NCBI GenBank assembly: GCA_963700145.1
Contig: OY969474.1
Coordinates: 4,608,001 to 4,672,000 of the forward strand
Source of the DNA: an uncultured Acidobacteriota bacterium
GTDB lineage: Bacteria; Acidobacteriota; Thermoanaerobaculia; Multivoradales; UBA5704
DNA length: 64,000 bases
Direction: 5' to 3'
Part shown: in pieces, positions 40,761 to 49,109 of the stretch
How positions within the stretch are numbered: the stretch's first letter is position 1
Layout: the number at the start of each line of letters is the position of its first letter
Position numbers and translations under genes: made by a program
The notes under the pieces: model-generated
Told to the model about the DNA's origin: nothing
What the model saw: the letters and a program-made list of their open reading frames with translations, nothing else
Database searches by the model: none

Positions 40761-40814
40761 ACGCCCGGCACGTAGGCCGGGCGCTACGTAGCGGCGGGCC
40801 TACGTGCCCGCCGT
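40761..40814. repeat. Back-to-back doublet of GTAG REP-like hairpins
   Basis: 40761-40787 is identical to 26102-26128; followed by the inverted variant GTAGCGGCGGGCCTACGTGCCCGCCGT. Confidence 0.75.
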
Positions 40815-40870
40815 GTTCGCGGCGGGCGCCTGCTGGCGCTCCGCCGCGGCTTTGGGGGAGACTCCGCGCC

Positions 40871-42040
40871 GTGATCGCCCTTGGCAGCGAGCGGGAGCTG
40901 GAGCGCGAGGCGCCCTCGCTGTGGGCGGCGCTCTCGCCGCTCGGGCGGCGGCTGGCGGGCGGTGAGGCCGAGGCGGGGGCGGAGGGCGGAGCGTCCACGG
41001 GCGCGCCGGCGCTCGGCCTGCCGGAGCTGCGCCGGCGCTGGCGCGGCTGGCAGCGGCGGGAGGGGCCGGCGGCGTCGTCCACGCTGCCAGCCACGACGGT
41101 CGGGCTCTCGCACGCCCTGTCGCTGGTCGCGGACCTCTTCGCCGGGCCGGGGCGCGCGGTGGCGGTGCCGCAGCCCTTCTGGGGCAACTACCGGCAGTGC
41201 TTCGAGATGCGCAACGGCGCGCGCCTTCTGACCGCGCCGGCCTACCGCGGCGGCCGCTTCAACCCGCACGCCTGGAGCGAGGCCCTCGCCGAGGTGCCGG
41301 CGGGGGAGCCGGCGGTGGCGATCGTCAACCTCCCCTCGAACCCCGGCGGCTACTCGCCGGCGCCGGCGGAGCGCCAGGTCATGCTCGACGCGCTGGTCGC
41401 GGAGGCCGGCCGGCGGCCGCTCCTCGTGCTCTGCGACGACGCCTACGCCGGCCTGGTCTTCGAGCCGGGCATCCCGGCGGCGTCCCCGTTCTGGGACTTG
41501 GCGGGCGCCCATCCCAACCTCGTGGCGGTCAAGGTGGACGGCGCGACCAAGGAGTTCTCCTTCTTCGGCGGCCGGGTGGGGTTCCTCACCTTCGCGCTGG
41601 AGCCGGACGGGGAGGCGGCGCGGGCGCTGGAGGCGATGGGCGGGCGGCTGGCCGCAGCGACGATGGGCGCGCCGGCCGCGGCGCCGCAGGAGGTCCTGCT
41701 CGCCGCCCTGCGCCAAGAGGGGATCGAGCGCGAGATCGAGACGGTCCGCGCCCTCCTCGCCGGCCGCTACCGCGCCCTCCGCGACGCCCTCGCCGCCGCC
41801 GACCCGGCCCTGCTCCATGCCCTGCCCTTCAACTCCGGCTGCTTCGCCCTCGTCGAGCTACCCGGGGGTCTGAAGACCGACGTCCACGCCGTCCGCCGCC
41901 ACCTCCTCGACCACTGGGACACCGGCGTCATCTCCCTGGAACCCCGCTACCTCCGGATCGCCCACTGCTCGGTGGACGAAGCGGCACTGCCGGAGCTGGT
42001 ACGGCGGCTGGAAGGGGGAGTAGGGGAGCTCGTCGGGTAA
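40871..42040 (+). CDS. Class I/II PLP aminotransferase
   Basis: FWGNY, PSNPGG, DDAY, DGATKE...GGRVG; start uncertain. Confidence 0.85.
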   Translation: MIALGSERELEREAPSLWAALSPLGRRLAGGEAEAGAEGGASTGAPALGLPELRRRWRGWQRREGPAASSTLPATTVGLSHALSLVADLFAGPGRAVAVPQPFWGNYRQCFEMRNGARLLTAPAYRGGRFNPHAWSEALAEVPAGEPAVAIVNLPSNPGGYSPAPAERQVMLDALVAEAGRRPLLVLCDDAYAGLVFEPGIPAASPFWDLAGAHPNLVAVKVDGATKEFSFFGGRVGFLTFALEPDGEAARALEAMGGRLAAATMGAPAAAPQEVLLAALRQEGIEREIETVRALLAGRYRALRDALAAADPALLHALPFNSGCFALVELPGGLKTDVHAVRRHLLDHWDTGVISLEPRYLRIAHCSVDEAALPELVRRLEGGVGELVG

Positions 42041-42489
42041 AGGCGGAGCCGGCCGGGGAGCCTTCCCCCGCGGCGCGGGCGACTTCCCGGAGCGTCCGGG
42101 AGCTTCCCCCGAGGCCGCGGAACAATGCCCGGACGCTCCGCGCAGAGTTCCCAACGGCTCGGAACAGTGCCCGGACGGCCCGGGAACTGTTCCCCACGAC
42201 TTGGAACAACGCCCGGACGGCCCGGGCAGAGTTCCCAACGCCTCGGAACAATGCCCGGACGGTTCGGGAGCTGTTCCGGACGCTTCGGGAACAGTCCCCA
42301 AGGGCTTGGAACAATGCCCGGACGCTCCGGGCATTGTTTCCAACGGTTTGGAACTCTTCCCGGTCCGTCCGGGCATTGTTCCCGGGGGCGGGGAACTCTT
42401 CCCGAACCGTCCGGGCATTGTTCCCGAGAGCTGGGAACTCTTCCCGGTCCGTCCGGGCATTGTTCCCGAGGGCTGGGAACTCCTCCCGG

Positions 42490-43854
42490 GGATGTGTCCC
42501 GATTCTTGTGGAGATTCGGCGTAACCCCCTGACTGTCGGGTTGACGTTAGCTCCTCACGCGGCCTGCGTCCAAATCGTGGCGAGGAAACGTTGCAGGTCT
42601 TGGTGGCCATTGACGCTGCGTAGGCGGATCTGGCCGCAGGCCACCAGTGCCCAGAGCAGGGTCAAGGCCGCCTCTTCGGTGGCGAAGCTGGCCTGGGTCT
42701 TGGTGCGGCGTCGAAACTCGCGATGGAGGTTTTCCAGCGCGTTGGTCGAGCGTAGGGTCCTCCACAGCGAGCGGGGAAACTCGTAGAAGGTCAACAGCTC
42801 CTCTCCGGCCTCCTCGAGCGAGCGGGCGACAGCCGGACACAGGCGAGACCACTTGGCGAGGAAGGCCGCGTAGGCCTGATGGGCCGCCCCACCGTCGCGG
42901 GCCTCGACGATCGGGCGCCAGTCGCGCCGGAGCTCGCCGCGAGCATGGCGCGGGCAGTGCTCCAGCAGGTTTCGGAGCTTGTGCTGGGTGCAACGCTGCA
43001 CGCGCACCCCCGGCCACGCCGCCAGCGCCTTGCGCAAGCCAGCGTGGCCGTCGACGATGAGCAACTCGGGCGCCGCCAAGCCCCGCCGCTGCAGATCCTC
43101 GAGCAGCTCGCCCCACAGCCGCGCCGCCTCGCTCGTGGCCAACCGTAACGCCACCAGGACCTTGCCGCCATCGGGGCGCACGCCCAGAGCGGCCAGCACC
43201 GGCACCGCCACCACCCGCCGGGCCAGCCGCACCTTGACGTGGAACCCGTCGAGAAACAGCAGCGCGTAACGCTCGCCCGCACAATCGCGCTCCCGCCAGG
43301 CCGCAAACCGCTCTTTGAGCCGCCCCACCACGCGCGAGGCCGCGCTCTTGGACAGGTGCTCTTCTCCCAGCAGCGGCGCCAGCGCCTTGCCGATCCGTCG
43401 GCTATTGGCCCCCGCCAGATAGCACGACAGGATCGCCGCGTCGATCTCCCGCACCCGCCGCGCGTAGCGCGGCACCAACGCGCTGGCGAACTCTTCCGTC
43501 GTGCCCTCCACTGTGGCCACCCGACCGCGCGGCACCCGCAGCGGCCGGGTCCCCGCCACCGTCGTCACCCGCCGTAGCGTGGCTCCGTTGCGGTAGCCGC
43601 GGCGCACCGCCGTCCGCTCGTAGGGCTGCGCACCCAGCGCCTCCTGAAGCTCCTGCTCTAGCACCAGCTCCACGGCCTCCAGAAGCCTCTGCTCGAGCAG
43701 CCGCCGGATGTCCTGGCGCAGCGGCACCACCTCCTGCTCTGACGTGCTAGCCTCCCACATGGCGTAACCCTCCTCCGCCGCCCACGCGACGGGATGTGCT
43801 TGACAGCTAGGAGGTTACGCCACTTTCTTTTTCCACAAGAATCGGGACGGATCC
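42490..43854 (-). mobile_element. IS256-family insertion sequence with 8-bp target duplication CCTCCCGG
   Basis: IRs GGATGTGTCCCGATTCTTGTGGA and TCCACAAGAATCGGGACGGATCC; direct repeats at 42482-42489 and 43855-43862. Confidence 0.95.
42555..43760 (-). CDS. IS256 DDE transposase
   Basis: GYRNG, LFLDG, VDGHAGL, QRC..HK, RSTNALE..HRE.RRR. Confidence 0.96.
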   Translation of the reverse strand: MWEASTSEQEVVPLRQDIRRLLEQRLLEAVELVLEQELQEALGAQPYERTAVRRGYRNGATLRRVTTVAGTRPLRVPRGRVATVEGTTEEFASALVPRYARRVREIDAAILSCYLAGANSRRIGKALAPLLGEEHLSKSAASRVVGRLKERFAAWRERDCAGERYALLFLDGFHVKVRLARRVVAVPVLAALGVRPDGGKVLVALRLATSEAARLWGELLEDLQRRGLAAPELLIVDGHAGLRKALAAWPGVRVQRCTQHKLRNLLEHCPRHARGELRRDWRPIVEARDGGAAHQAYAAFLAKWSRLCPAVARSLEEAGEELLTFYEFPRSLWRTLRSTNALENLHREFRRRTKTQASFATEEAALTLLWALVACGQIRLRSVNGHQDLQRFLATIWTQAA

Positions 43855-44062
43855 CCTCCCGGTCCGTCCGGGCACTGTTGCTGAGGGCTGAGAACTCTGT
43901 CCGAACCGTCCGGGCAGAGTTTCCGGGCGCTTGGAGCTCCGACCCGACGCCGCGGGAGGAGTTTCTTGCGCCTCCCGACCCGACCCGGACGCTCCGGGAA
44001 GAACTCCCGGCGCCCCGAGCTGCCTCACTGGCTGCTCGAATGTGCCCGTTAGCCTTTGGCGC

Positions 44063-44305
44063 ATGGCACGGCCAGCGATTCCCCCGCCCGGATTCGACGA
44101 GCTCACGGCCGACGAGAAGCTCGACTACATCCAGGCGCTCTGGGACAGTGTCGCCGCTCACCCGGACGAAGTCCCGCTGCCGGAGTGGCACCGGGAGGTG
44201 ATCAGGGAGCGGTTGGCAGCCCATCGCCGCGGAGAAGGGGCGTCGCGGCCCTGGATCGAGGTTCGCGAGGAGCTGCTGTCGCGCCTTCGCTCCGCCGCGC
44301 GGTGA
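44063..44305 (+). CDS. Addiction-module antitoxin component (orphan)
   Basis: LTADEKLDYIQALWDS...EWHREVIRERL...PW.EV; followed only by a 19-codon stub at 44302. Confidence 0.88.
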   Translation: MARPAIPPPGFDELTADEKLDYIQALWDSVAAHPDEVPLPEWHREVIRERLAAHRRGEGASRPWIEVREELLSRLRSAAR

Positions 44306-44339
44306 AGCGCCTAAACCTCTCTGGCGACGATCGGCGACT

Positions 44340-44534
44340 TCAATCCTCGAGGCCCTTGTAGAGCTCCGATTCGTCTCCCAGCTTGTTGTTTGTCGACTCG
44401 AAGAGCCGCGTGGTCGGCGGGCGGCGATCGCCGTAGAACCGCGAAGCCACCAGGCGAAGGCCCTGGCGAATCAGCTCGGAAGCGGAGTGGTAGGCCGCTC
44501 GGGCACGCTTCAAGGCCTTCACGTTCCTCTTCAC
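44340..44534 (-). CDS. Small ORF resembling an RHH antitoxin remnant
   Basis: SASELIRQGL helix; GTGA-coupled to the EVE gene. Confidence 0.4.
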   Translation of the reverse strand: MKRNVKALKRARAAYHSASELIRQGLRLVASRFYGDRRPPTTRLFESTNNKLGDESELYKGLED

Positions 44535-45634
44535 TCCGCCTCTTCGGTGTACTCGTCAAGGACGGTGTCAGATAAGTGCGCGAGGTGCTTCTGCCCAGCA
44601 AGCTCGCGGAGGCTGTCGTAAGAGAGATACGTGCAGCTCTCGGCGAGCGGCCCTTTCTCCAGCAAGGAGAACACGGGGCGGCGAATCTCTTGGAAGACCT
44701 TTTCGCGCTTAACCGCGGGAGCGACGAGATGTAACTTGATGTCCATGTTTGGCTGAAGGGCCAGGAGGTCAGCCATGCGCAGGATGCCCGAATACACCGA
44801 GGTTGTGTGCTCCACTTCAAAAGCCCGGACGATCGACCTCCCCCGCAGCCAGAGCACGTCAATCTGCTCGATCGTTCGGAGAGTGGTATCGTCATAGTTG
44901 AGCGGAAGGCGCTGAAGGAGGTCCTGACCATCGGTCTTCCACTCTTTGAGCACAGCCGCTCGGTCGGCGCGAGGAATCCAGATCGACAACCCCATGCTTG
45001 CACCGATCTGAGCAATGAGCGCTTGGACTTTGGTCGACTCCCTCGTCTCGATTTCTGGTGCCTGTTGCGCGGCATCAATAACCCCGGAATCTTCGGGCAC
45101 CGAGACTGTAACTACCTTGTCAGGGCGGTTAACGGTATGGGTGGCTAGTTTCTTGATGTCCTGTTCATCGATTGGATAGGGCTTGAGCTCGGTGGATTGG
45201 AGCGTCAGCGTTTCGGCGAGGAACTTACCATCGCGGTCGTCGAGGCGCACCAAGCTGCTGCGGACCTTGCCGGTCCAGCCCGTAGAACCCTTCTCTAGAT
45301 TTCGGGTGAAGGAGAGGCCGTTCCAAATTGCATCATCGTGGATTGGGATGGATTTGTCGATCTCCAGCCACACTCGTTCTCGAACGCGGAAGCGCAGGAC
45401 GAACGGATCATCCTCGGGCAGGAAGAGCGATTTGTTATCAACGAAGGGCCCCTCAACAACCGCCAAGAGTCCAACCCACCGTGACAAGCGCGTGAGGTAG
45501 CACACGAACATATCACCGGGTTTGACGCGCTCGGCCATTCCCTTATGGCGCAGGCGAAAGCCCGAAATGTCACGTGCTGAGCGCGTGAATGCGTCGTACG
45601 TCTCAGGAGAGCAAATGTCGATGAAGTACGCCAT
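44531..45634 (-). CDS. EVE domain fused to PD-(D/E)XK-like nuclease
   Basis: N-terminal SPET...VKPGD..VCY (EVE/PUA-like); C-terminal IDVLW...AFEVEHTT; lower GC. Confidence 0.8.
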   Translation of the reverse strand: MAYFIDICSPETYDAFTRSARDISGFRLRHKGMAERVKPGDMFVCYLTRLSRWVGLLAVVEGPFVDNKSLFLPEDDPFVLRFRVRERVWLEIDKSIPIHDDAIWNGLSFTRNLEKGSTGWTGKVRSSLVRLDDRDGKFLAETLTLQSTELKPYPIDEQDIKKLATHTVNRPDKVVTVSVPEDSGVIDAAQQAPEIETRESTKVQALIAQIGASMGLSIWIPRADRAAVLKEWKTDGQDLLQRLPLNYDDTTLRTIEQIDVLWLRGRSIVRAFEVEHTTSVYSGILRMADLLALQPNMDIKLHLVAPAVKREKVFQEIRRPVFSLLEKGPLAESCTYLSYDSLRELAGQKHLAHLSDTVLDEYTEEAE

Positions 45635-45702
45635 GTACGTTTACGCTCCCGCCTAGGTCAACCGCTCCTTGCGAGCATCTTATCCCCTGCCGGACTTCTG
45701 GC

Positions 45703-46869
45703 CTACGCTGGCTTGAGAAACCGAGCCCCCAAGCCACCGAAAACCACTCCGAAGCCGAGGAGCACCGCGGCCGGCAGGACAACCGCTTCGATCCCCCGCC
45801 CGAAGCTGATCAGGGCGTGGAAGGCGTCCATGGCCCAGGCGGTGGGGAAGACGTGGGCGGCGCGCCAGAGCCAGCGGGGCATGAGCTCGCTCGGCCACCA
45901 GCAGCCGCCGAGGGCGGCCATCACCATGCTGGCGATCCAGCCGACGGCGGAGGCCTGCTCCGGGGTGCGGAAGACGGCGCCGCAGAAGGTGGCGAGGCCG
46001 GCGACGCAGAAGGCGTAGGCGGCGAGGAGGAGGGCGAGGCCGCCGGGCGACCGCCCGAAGTCCAGGCCGAAGAGGAAGCGGCCGGCGGCGAGGAGCACGG
46101 CGACCTGGAGCGCCGCCAGGATCAGCCTCCCGGCGAGCTTCCCGAGGACGAGCGCCGGGCGCGAGAGCGGCAGGCTCACCTGCCGCCGCAGCATCCCCTC
46201 GCGCCGCTCGATCGTCAGGAAGACGCCGCCGTAGATGACGGTCATCATGAGGACCATCATCGTCAGGATGCCGGGGACGCTCTGCGCCATGCCGGCGGGG
46301 ACCGGCCGGCCGTGCCCCGCCGTCGAGACGGCGACCGAGACCAACCGCGGCCGCGCCGCCAGGCGGGCCAGCTCCGCCTTGGCGGCGGCGGGGGTCGCCT
46401 GCGGCGGGAGCTTGCCCGCCGCGTTCATCTCGACCAGCAGGCCCAAGGTGCGGGTAACGGCGCGCATCAGGTTGACGTCGGCGGCACGCGAGAAGTCGCG
46501 ATCGGCCTTCTCGTCGCGCTCGATGCGCAGCGTCTGCGGCTCGCCGGCGAGGACCTTGGCGGTGAAACCCGCGGGGATCGTGAGGGTGCGGACCTTCTCC
46601 TCGGCCGCCGCCGGCGCGGCGGGGGCGACCTCGCGCAGCGCGACGCTCTCGTCGGCGAGCTGCGCAACGAGAGCGCGGGCCAGGAAGCCGCCGTCGCGGT
46701 CCACGACGGTCAGGGTGACCTTCGGCGGCCCTGCATCGCCGCCGCCGCCGCCGACCTGGCCGAAGAACCACATCAGCGCCACCGGAAAGACGAGCATCCA
46801 GAGGAACGACGCCCGCTCCCGCATCGTCAGCCGGAGGTCGTTGAGCGCTAGGCGGAGAACGTTCCTCAC
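45703..46869 (-). CDS. ABC-2 exporter permease
   Basis: VVDRD, ERREG.LRR, LGGCWWP. Confidence 0.92.
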   Translation of the reverse strand: MRNVLRLALNDLRLTMRERASFLWMLVFPVALMWFFGQVGGGGGDAGPPKVTLTVVDRDGGFLARALVAQLADESVALREVAPAAPAAAEEKVRTLTIPAGFTAKVLAGEPQTLRIERDEKADRDFSRAADVNLMRAVTRTLGLLVEMNAAGKLPPQATPAAAKAELARLAARPRLVSVAVSTAGHGRPVPAGMAQSVPGILTMMVLMMTVIYGGVFLTIERREGMLRRQVSLPLSRPALVLGKLAGRLILAALQVAVLLAAGRFLFGLDFGRSPGGLALLLAAYAFCVAGLATFCGAVFRTPEQASAVGWIASMVMAALGGCWWPSELMPRWLWRAAHVFPTAWAMDAFHALISFGRGIEAVVLPAAVLLGFGVVFGGLGARFLKPA

Positions 46870-48128
46870 GCCAACGCCCCGCGCCGCGCCGCGCGGTGGA
46901 GCAGGAAGCCGCCGAGCGCCAGGAGGGCGGCGCCGAGGCCGGCGAGGACCGCGATGTTGGGGAGGACGTCGCGCAGGGTGCCCGCCGACTCGATGAGCGT
47001 CCGGTACCCGGTCGTCCCCCAGTAGAAGGGCGACACCGGCGACACGGCGCGCACCGCCCGCGGCAGCCCCTCGAGGTTGACGAAGCTGCCGCCCGCCATC
47101 GCCAGGACGAGGTAGAGGATCGAGCCGATGGTGGCGCCGCGGCGCTCGTTGAGCGCCAGCCCGTAGATCGTCGCCGAGGTGCCGGTCACCGCCAGGACGA
47201 GCGCCAGGGAGAGCAGGAGGAAGCCCGCCGGGTCCACCCCCCGCCGCAGCACCACCGCCCCGACGGCCGCGAGCACGCCGAGCGCGATGAGCGCGAGGAC
47301 CGCCGTGTAGAGCGCCTTGCCGAGCACCAGCGTGCCGCCGCCGATCGGCCCCGCGAGCTGCCGCCGCAGCGTGCCCGCCGTCGACTCGGCGATGATGTCG
47401 CGCATCGCCAGGTCGCCGACCAGGAAGAGCGCGTAGACCGAGATCCCGGGCAGGATGACGAGGAAGATCAGCGAGACCTCGGAGCCGGAGTCCTCGCCCG
47501 CCGGCTGCGGCTGGAGCGACGCGGTGTCGAAGGCGATGACCGGCGGCGAGAGGACGGCCGCGGCGCCCTCGAAGGCGCGGCGCACGGCGAGCGCGACGGC
47601 GACCGTCGTCTCCTCCGTGGGCGGCTCCGCGCCGGGCCGCGCCGAGGAGGCGATCCGCTCGAGCGGCCCGCGCAGGACGCGCGAGCCGGCGTCGAGGACG
47701 TCGGCCAGCACGCGCGCGAGCTGCTCGGCGATCTCCGGTAGGATCCCCTGTGCCGGGTTGCGGACCACGGCGAGTTGCACCGGTTTGCCGTCGAGGAGGT
47801 TTTGGGTGAAACCCTTCGGGATGCGGAGGAGGGCCGAGGCCTCGCCCTTCTCCATCCGCGCGGCGCCCTCGGTCCCCACGACCTCGACCTCGACCAGCTC
47901 GGCCAGCCGCTCCGACTGCAGGGCGGAGAGCAGGGCGTCCGCCGCGATGCCGCCGTCGCGGTCCTCGACCAGCAGATGGGCTTGCGGCGTGCGGTCGCCC
48001 CGCGCGCCGAAGGAGAGGGCGATCAGGAACGCGAAGACCACCGGGAAGCTGAGCACGATGAGCAGCCCGAGCGGCGACCGGGCCTTGCGCCGCAGGTCCT
48101 TCCCGACCAGCAGCAGGAGGGTGCGCAT
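46866..48128 (-). CDS. ABC-2 exporter permease
   Basis: KDLRR, VEDRD, ESTAGTLRR, six TM helices. Confidence 0.9.
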   Translation of the reverse strand: MRTLLLLVGKDLRRKARSPLGLLIVLSFPVVFAFLIALSFGARGDRTPQAHLLVEDRDGGIAADALLSALQSERLAELVEVEVVGTEGAARMEKGEASALLRIPKGFTQNLLDGKPVQLAVVRNPAQGILPEIAEQLARVLADVLDAGSRVLRGPLERIASSARPGAEPPTEETTVAVALAVRRAFEGAAAVLSPPVIAFDTASLQPQPAGEDSGSEVSLIFLVILPGISVYALFLVGDLAMRDIIAESTAGTLRRQLAGPIGGGTLVLGKALYTAVLALIALGVLAAVGAVVLRRGVDPAGFLLLSLALVLAVTGTSATIYGLALNERRGATIGSILYLVLAMAGGSFVNLEGLPRAVRAVSPVSPFYWGTTGYRTLIESAGTLRDVLPNIAVLAGLGAALLALGGFLLHRAARRGALA

Positions 48129-49066
48129 CAGTCGCGCAGCTCCCTCCCGGTGAGGTCGAGGAAGACGCTGTTGAGGCTCGGCGGCTGGATCTCGACGCCG
48201 TCGAGGTCGAGCCCCGAGGCGAGCACGCCGGCGAGGGCGTCGAGGGCGGCCTTGCCGGCGCCGGCGACGGAGAGGACGATCTTGCCCGGCGTCGCGGCGA
48301 CGACCTGGACGCCGGGCAGCGCCGCCAGCTTGGCGCGCGCCTCCTCGACCTCGAAGCCGCCGGAGACGGTCAAGATCTCCTTCTCGCCGACGCGGCGCTT
48401 CAGCTCGTCCACCGTCCCCTCGGCCAGGATGCGGCCGTGGTCGATGATCGCCACGCGGTCGCACAGCGTCTCGGCCTCCTCGAGGTAGTGGGTGGTGTAG
48501 ACGACGGTCGTGCCGGCAGCCGCGACGGCGCGCACGGCCTCGAGGATGTTGGCTCGGGCCTGCGGGTCGATCCCCACGGTCGGCTCGTCCATGAGCACGG
48601 CGCGCGGCCCGTGGACGAGGCCGAGCGCCAAGTTGAGCCGGCGCTTCATGCCGCCGGAGTAGGTGCGGACCTGGTCCTTGGCGCGGCCGGTGAGGCCGAC
48701 CTGCTCGAGGACGCGCTCGACGGCGCGGTCGCGGTCGGCGCCGGCGAGGCCGTAGAGCCCGGCCCAGAAGCTGAGGTTCTCGCGCGCCGAGAGGGTGTCG
48801 TAGAGCGCCGTCTCCTGGGGGACGACGCCGAGCTGCGCCTTGACGCGGATCGGGTCGGAGGCGAGCTCGACGCCGTCGAAGAAGACGCGCCCCTCGTCCG
48901 GCTCGAGCAGGCCCGAGAGGATCGACATGGTCGTCGTCTTGCCAGCGCCGTTGGGCCCCAGGAGCCCGTACAGCTCCCCCTTGCGCACCTCGAAGGAGAC
49001 CCCGTCCACCGCCCGCAGGTCGCCGTAGCGCTTGACCAGCCCTTCGACCCTGAACACGCGGGCCAT
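48128..49066 (-). CDS. ABC-2 exporter ATP-binding subunit
   Basis: GPNGAGKT, YSGGMKRR, DEPTVGIDP. Confidence 0.96.
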   Translation of the reverse strand: MARVFRVEGLVKRYGDLRAVDGVSFEVRKGELYGLLGPNGAGKTTTMSILSGLLEPDEGRVFFDGVELASDPIRVKAQLGVVPQETALYDTLSARENLSFWAGLYGLAGADRDRAVERVLEQVGLTGRAKDQVRTYSGGMKRRLNLALGLVHGPRAVLMDEPTVGIDPQARANILEAVRAVAAAGTTVVYTTHYLEEAETLCDRVAIIDHGRILAEGTVDELKRRVGEKEILTVSGGFEVEEARAKLAALPGVQVVAATPGKIVLSVAGAGKAALDALAGVLASGLDLDGVEIQPPSLNSVFLDLTGRELRD

Positions 49067-49109
49067 TATGGCGCGACTCCCTGCTCGCTCGTTCGCGCAC
49101 TCTTCTTTT

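Larger units (their letters stand above)
42076..44015. repeat. Array B: about 27 degenerate 21-bp palindromic units (core roughly CGGGAACANTTCCCG), interrupted by IS256
   Basis: Units at 42076, 42097, 42118 ... 42475; register resumes after 43862. Confidence 0.9.

Noticed and set aside
44020-44060. GTTAGCC before the antitoxin as a full attC site
   Set aside because: No matching RYYYAAC box or L boxes were found upstream.
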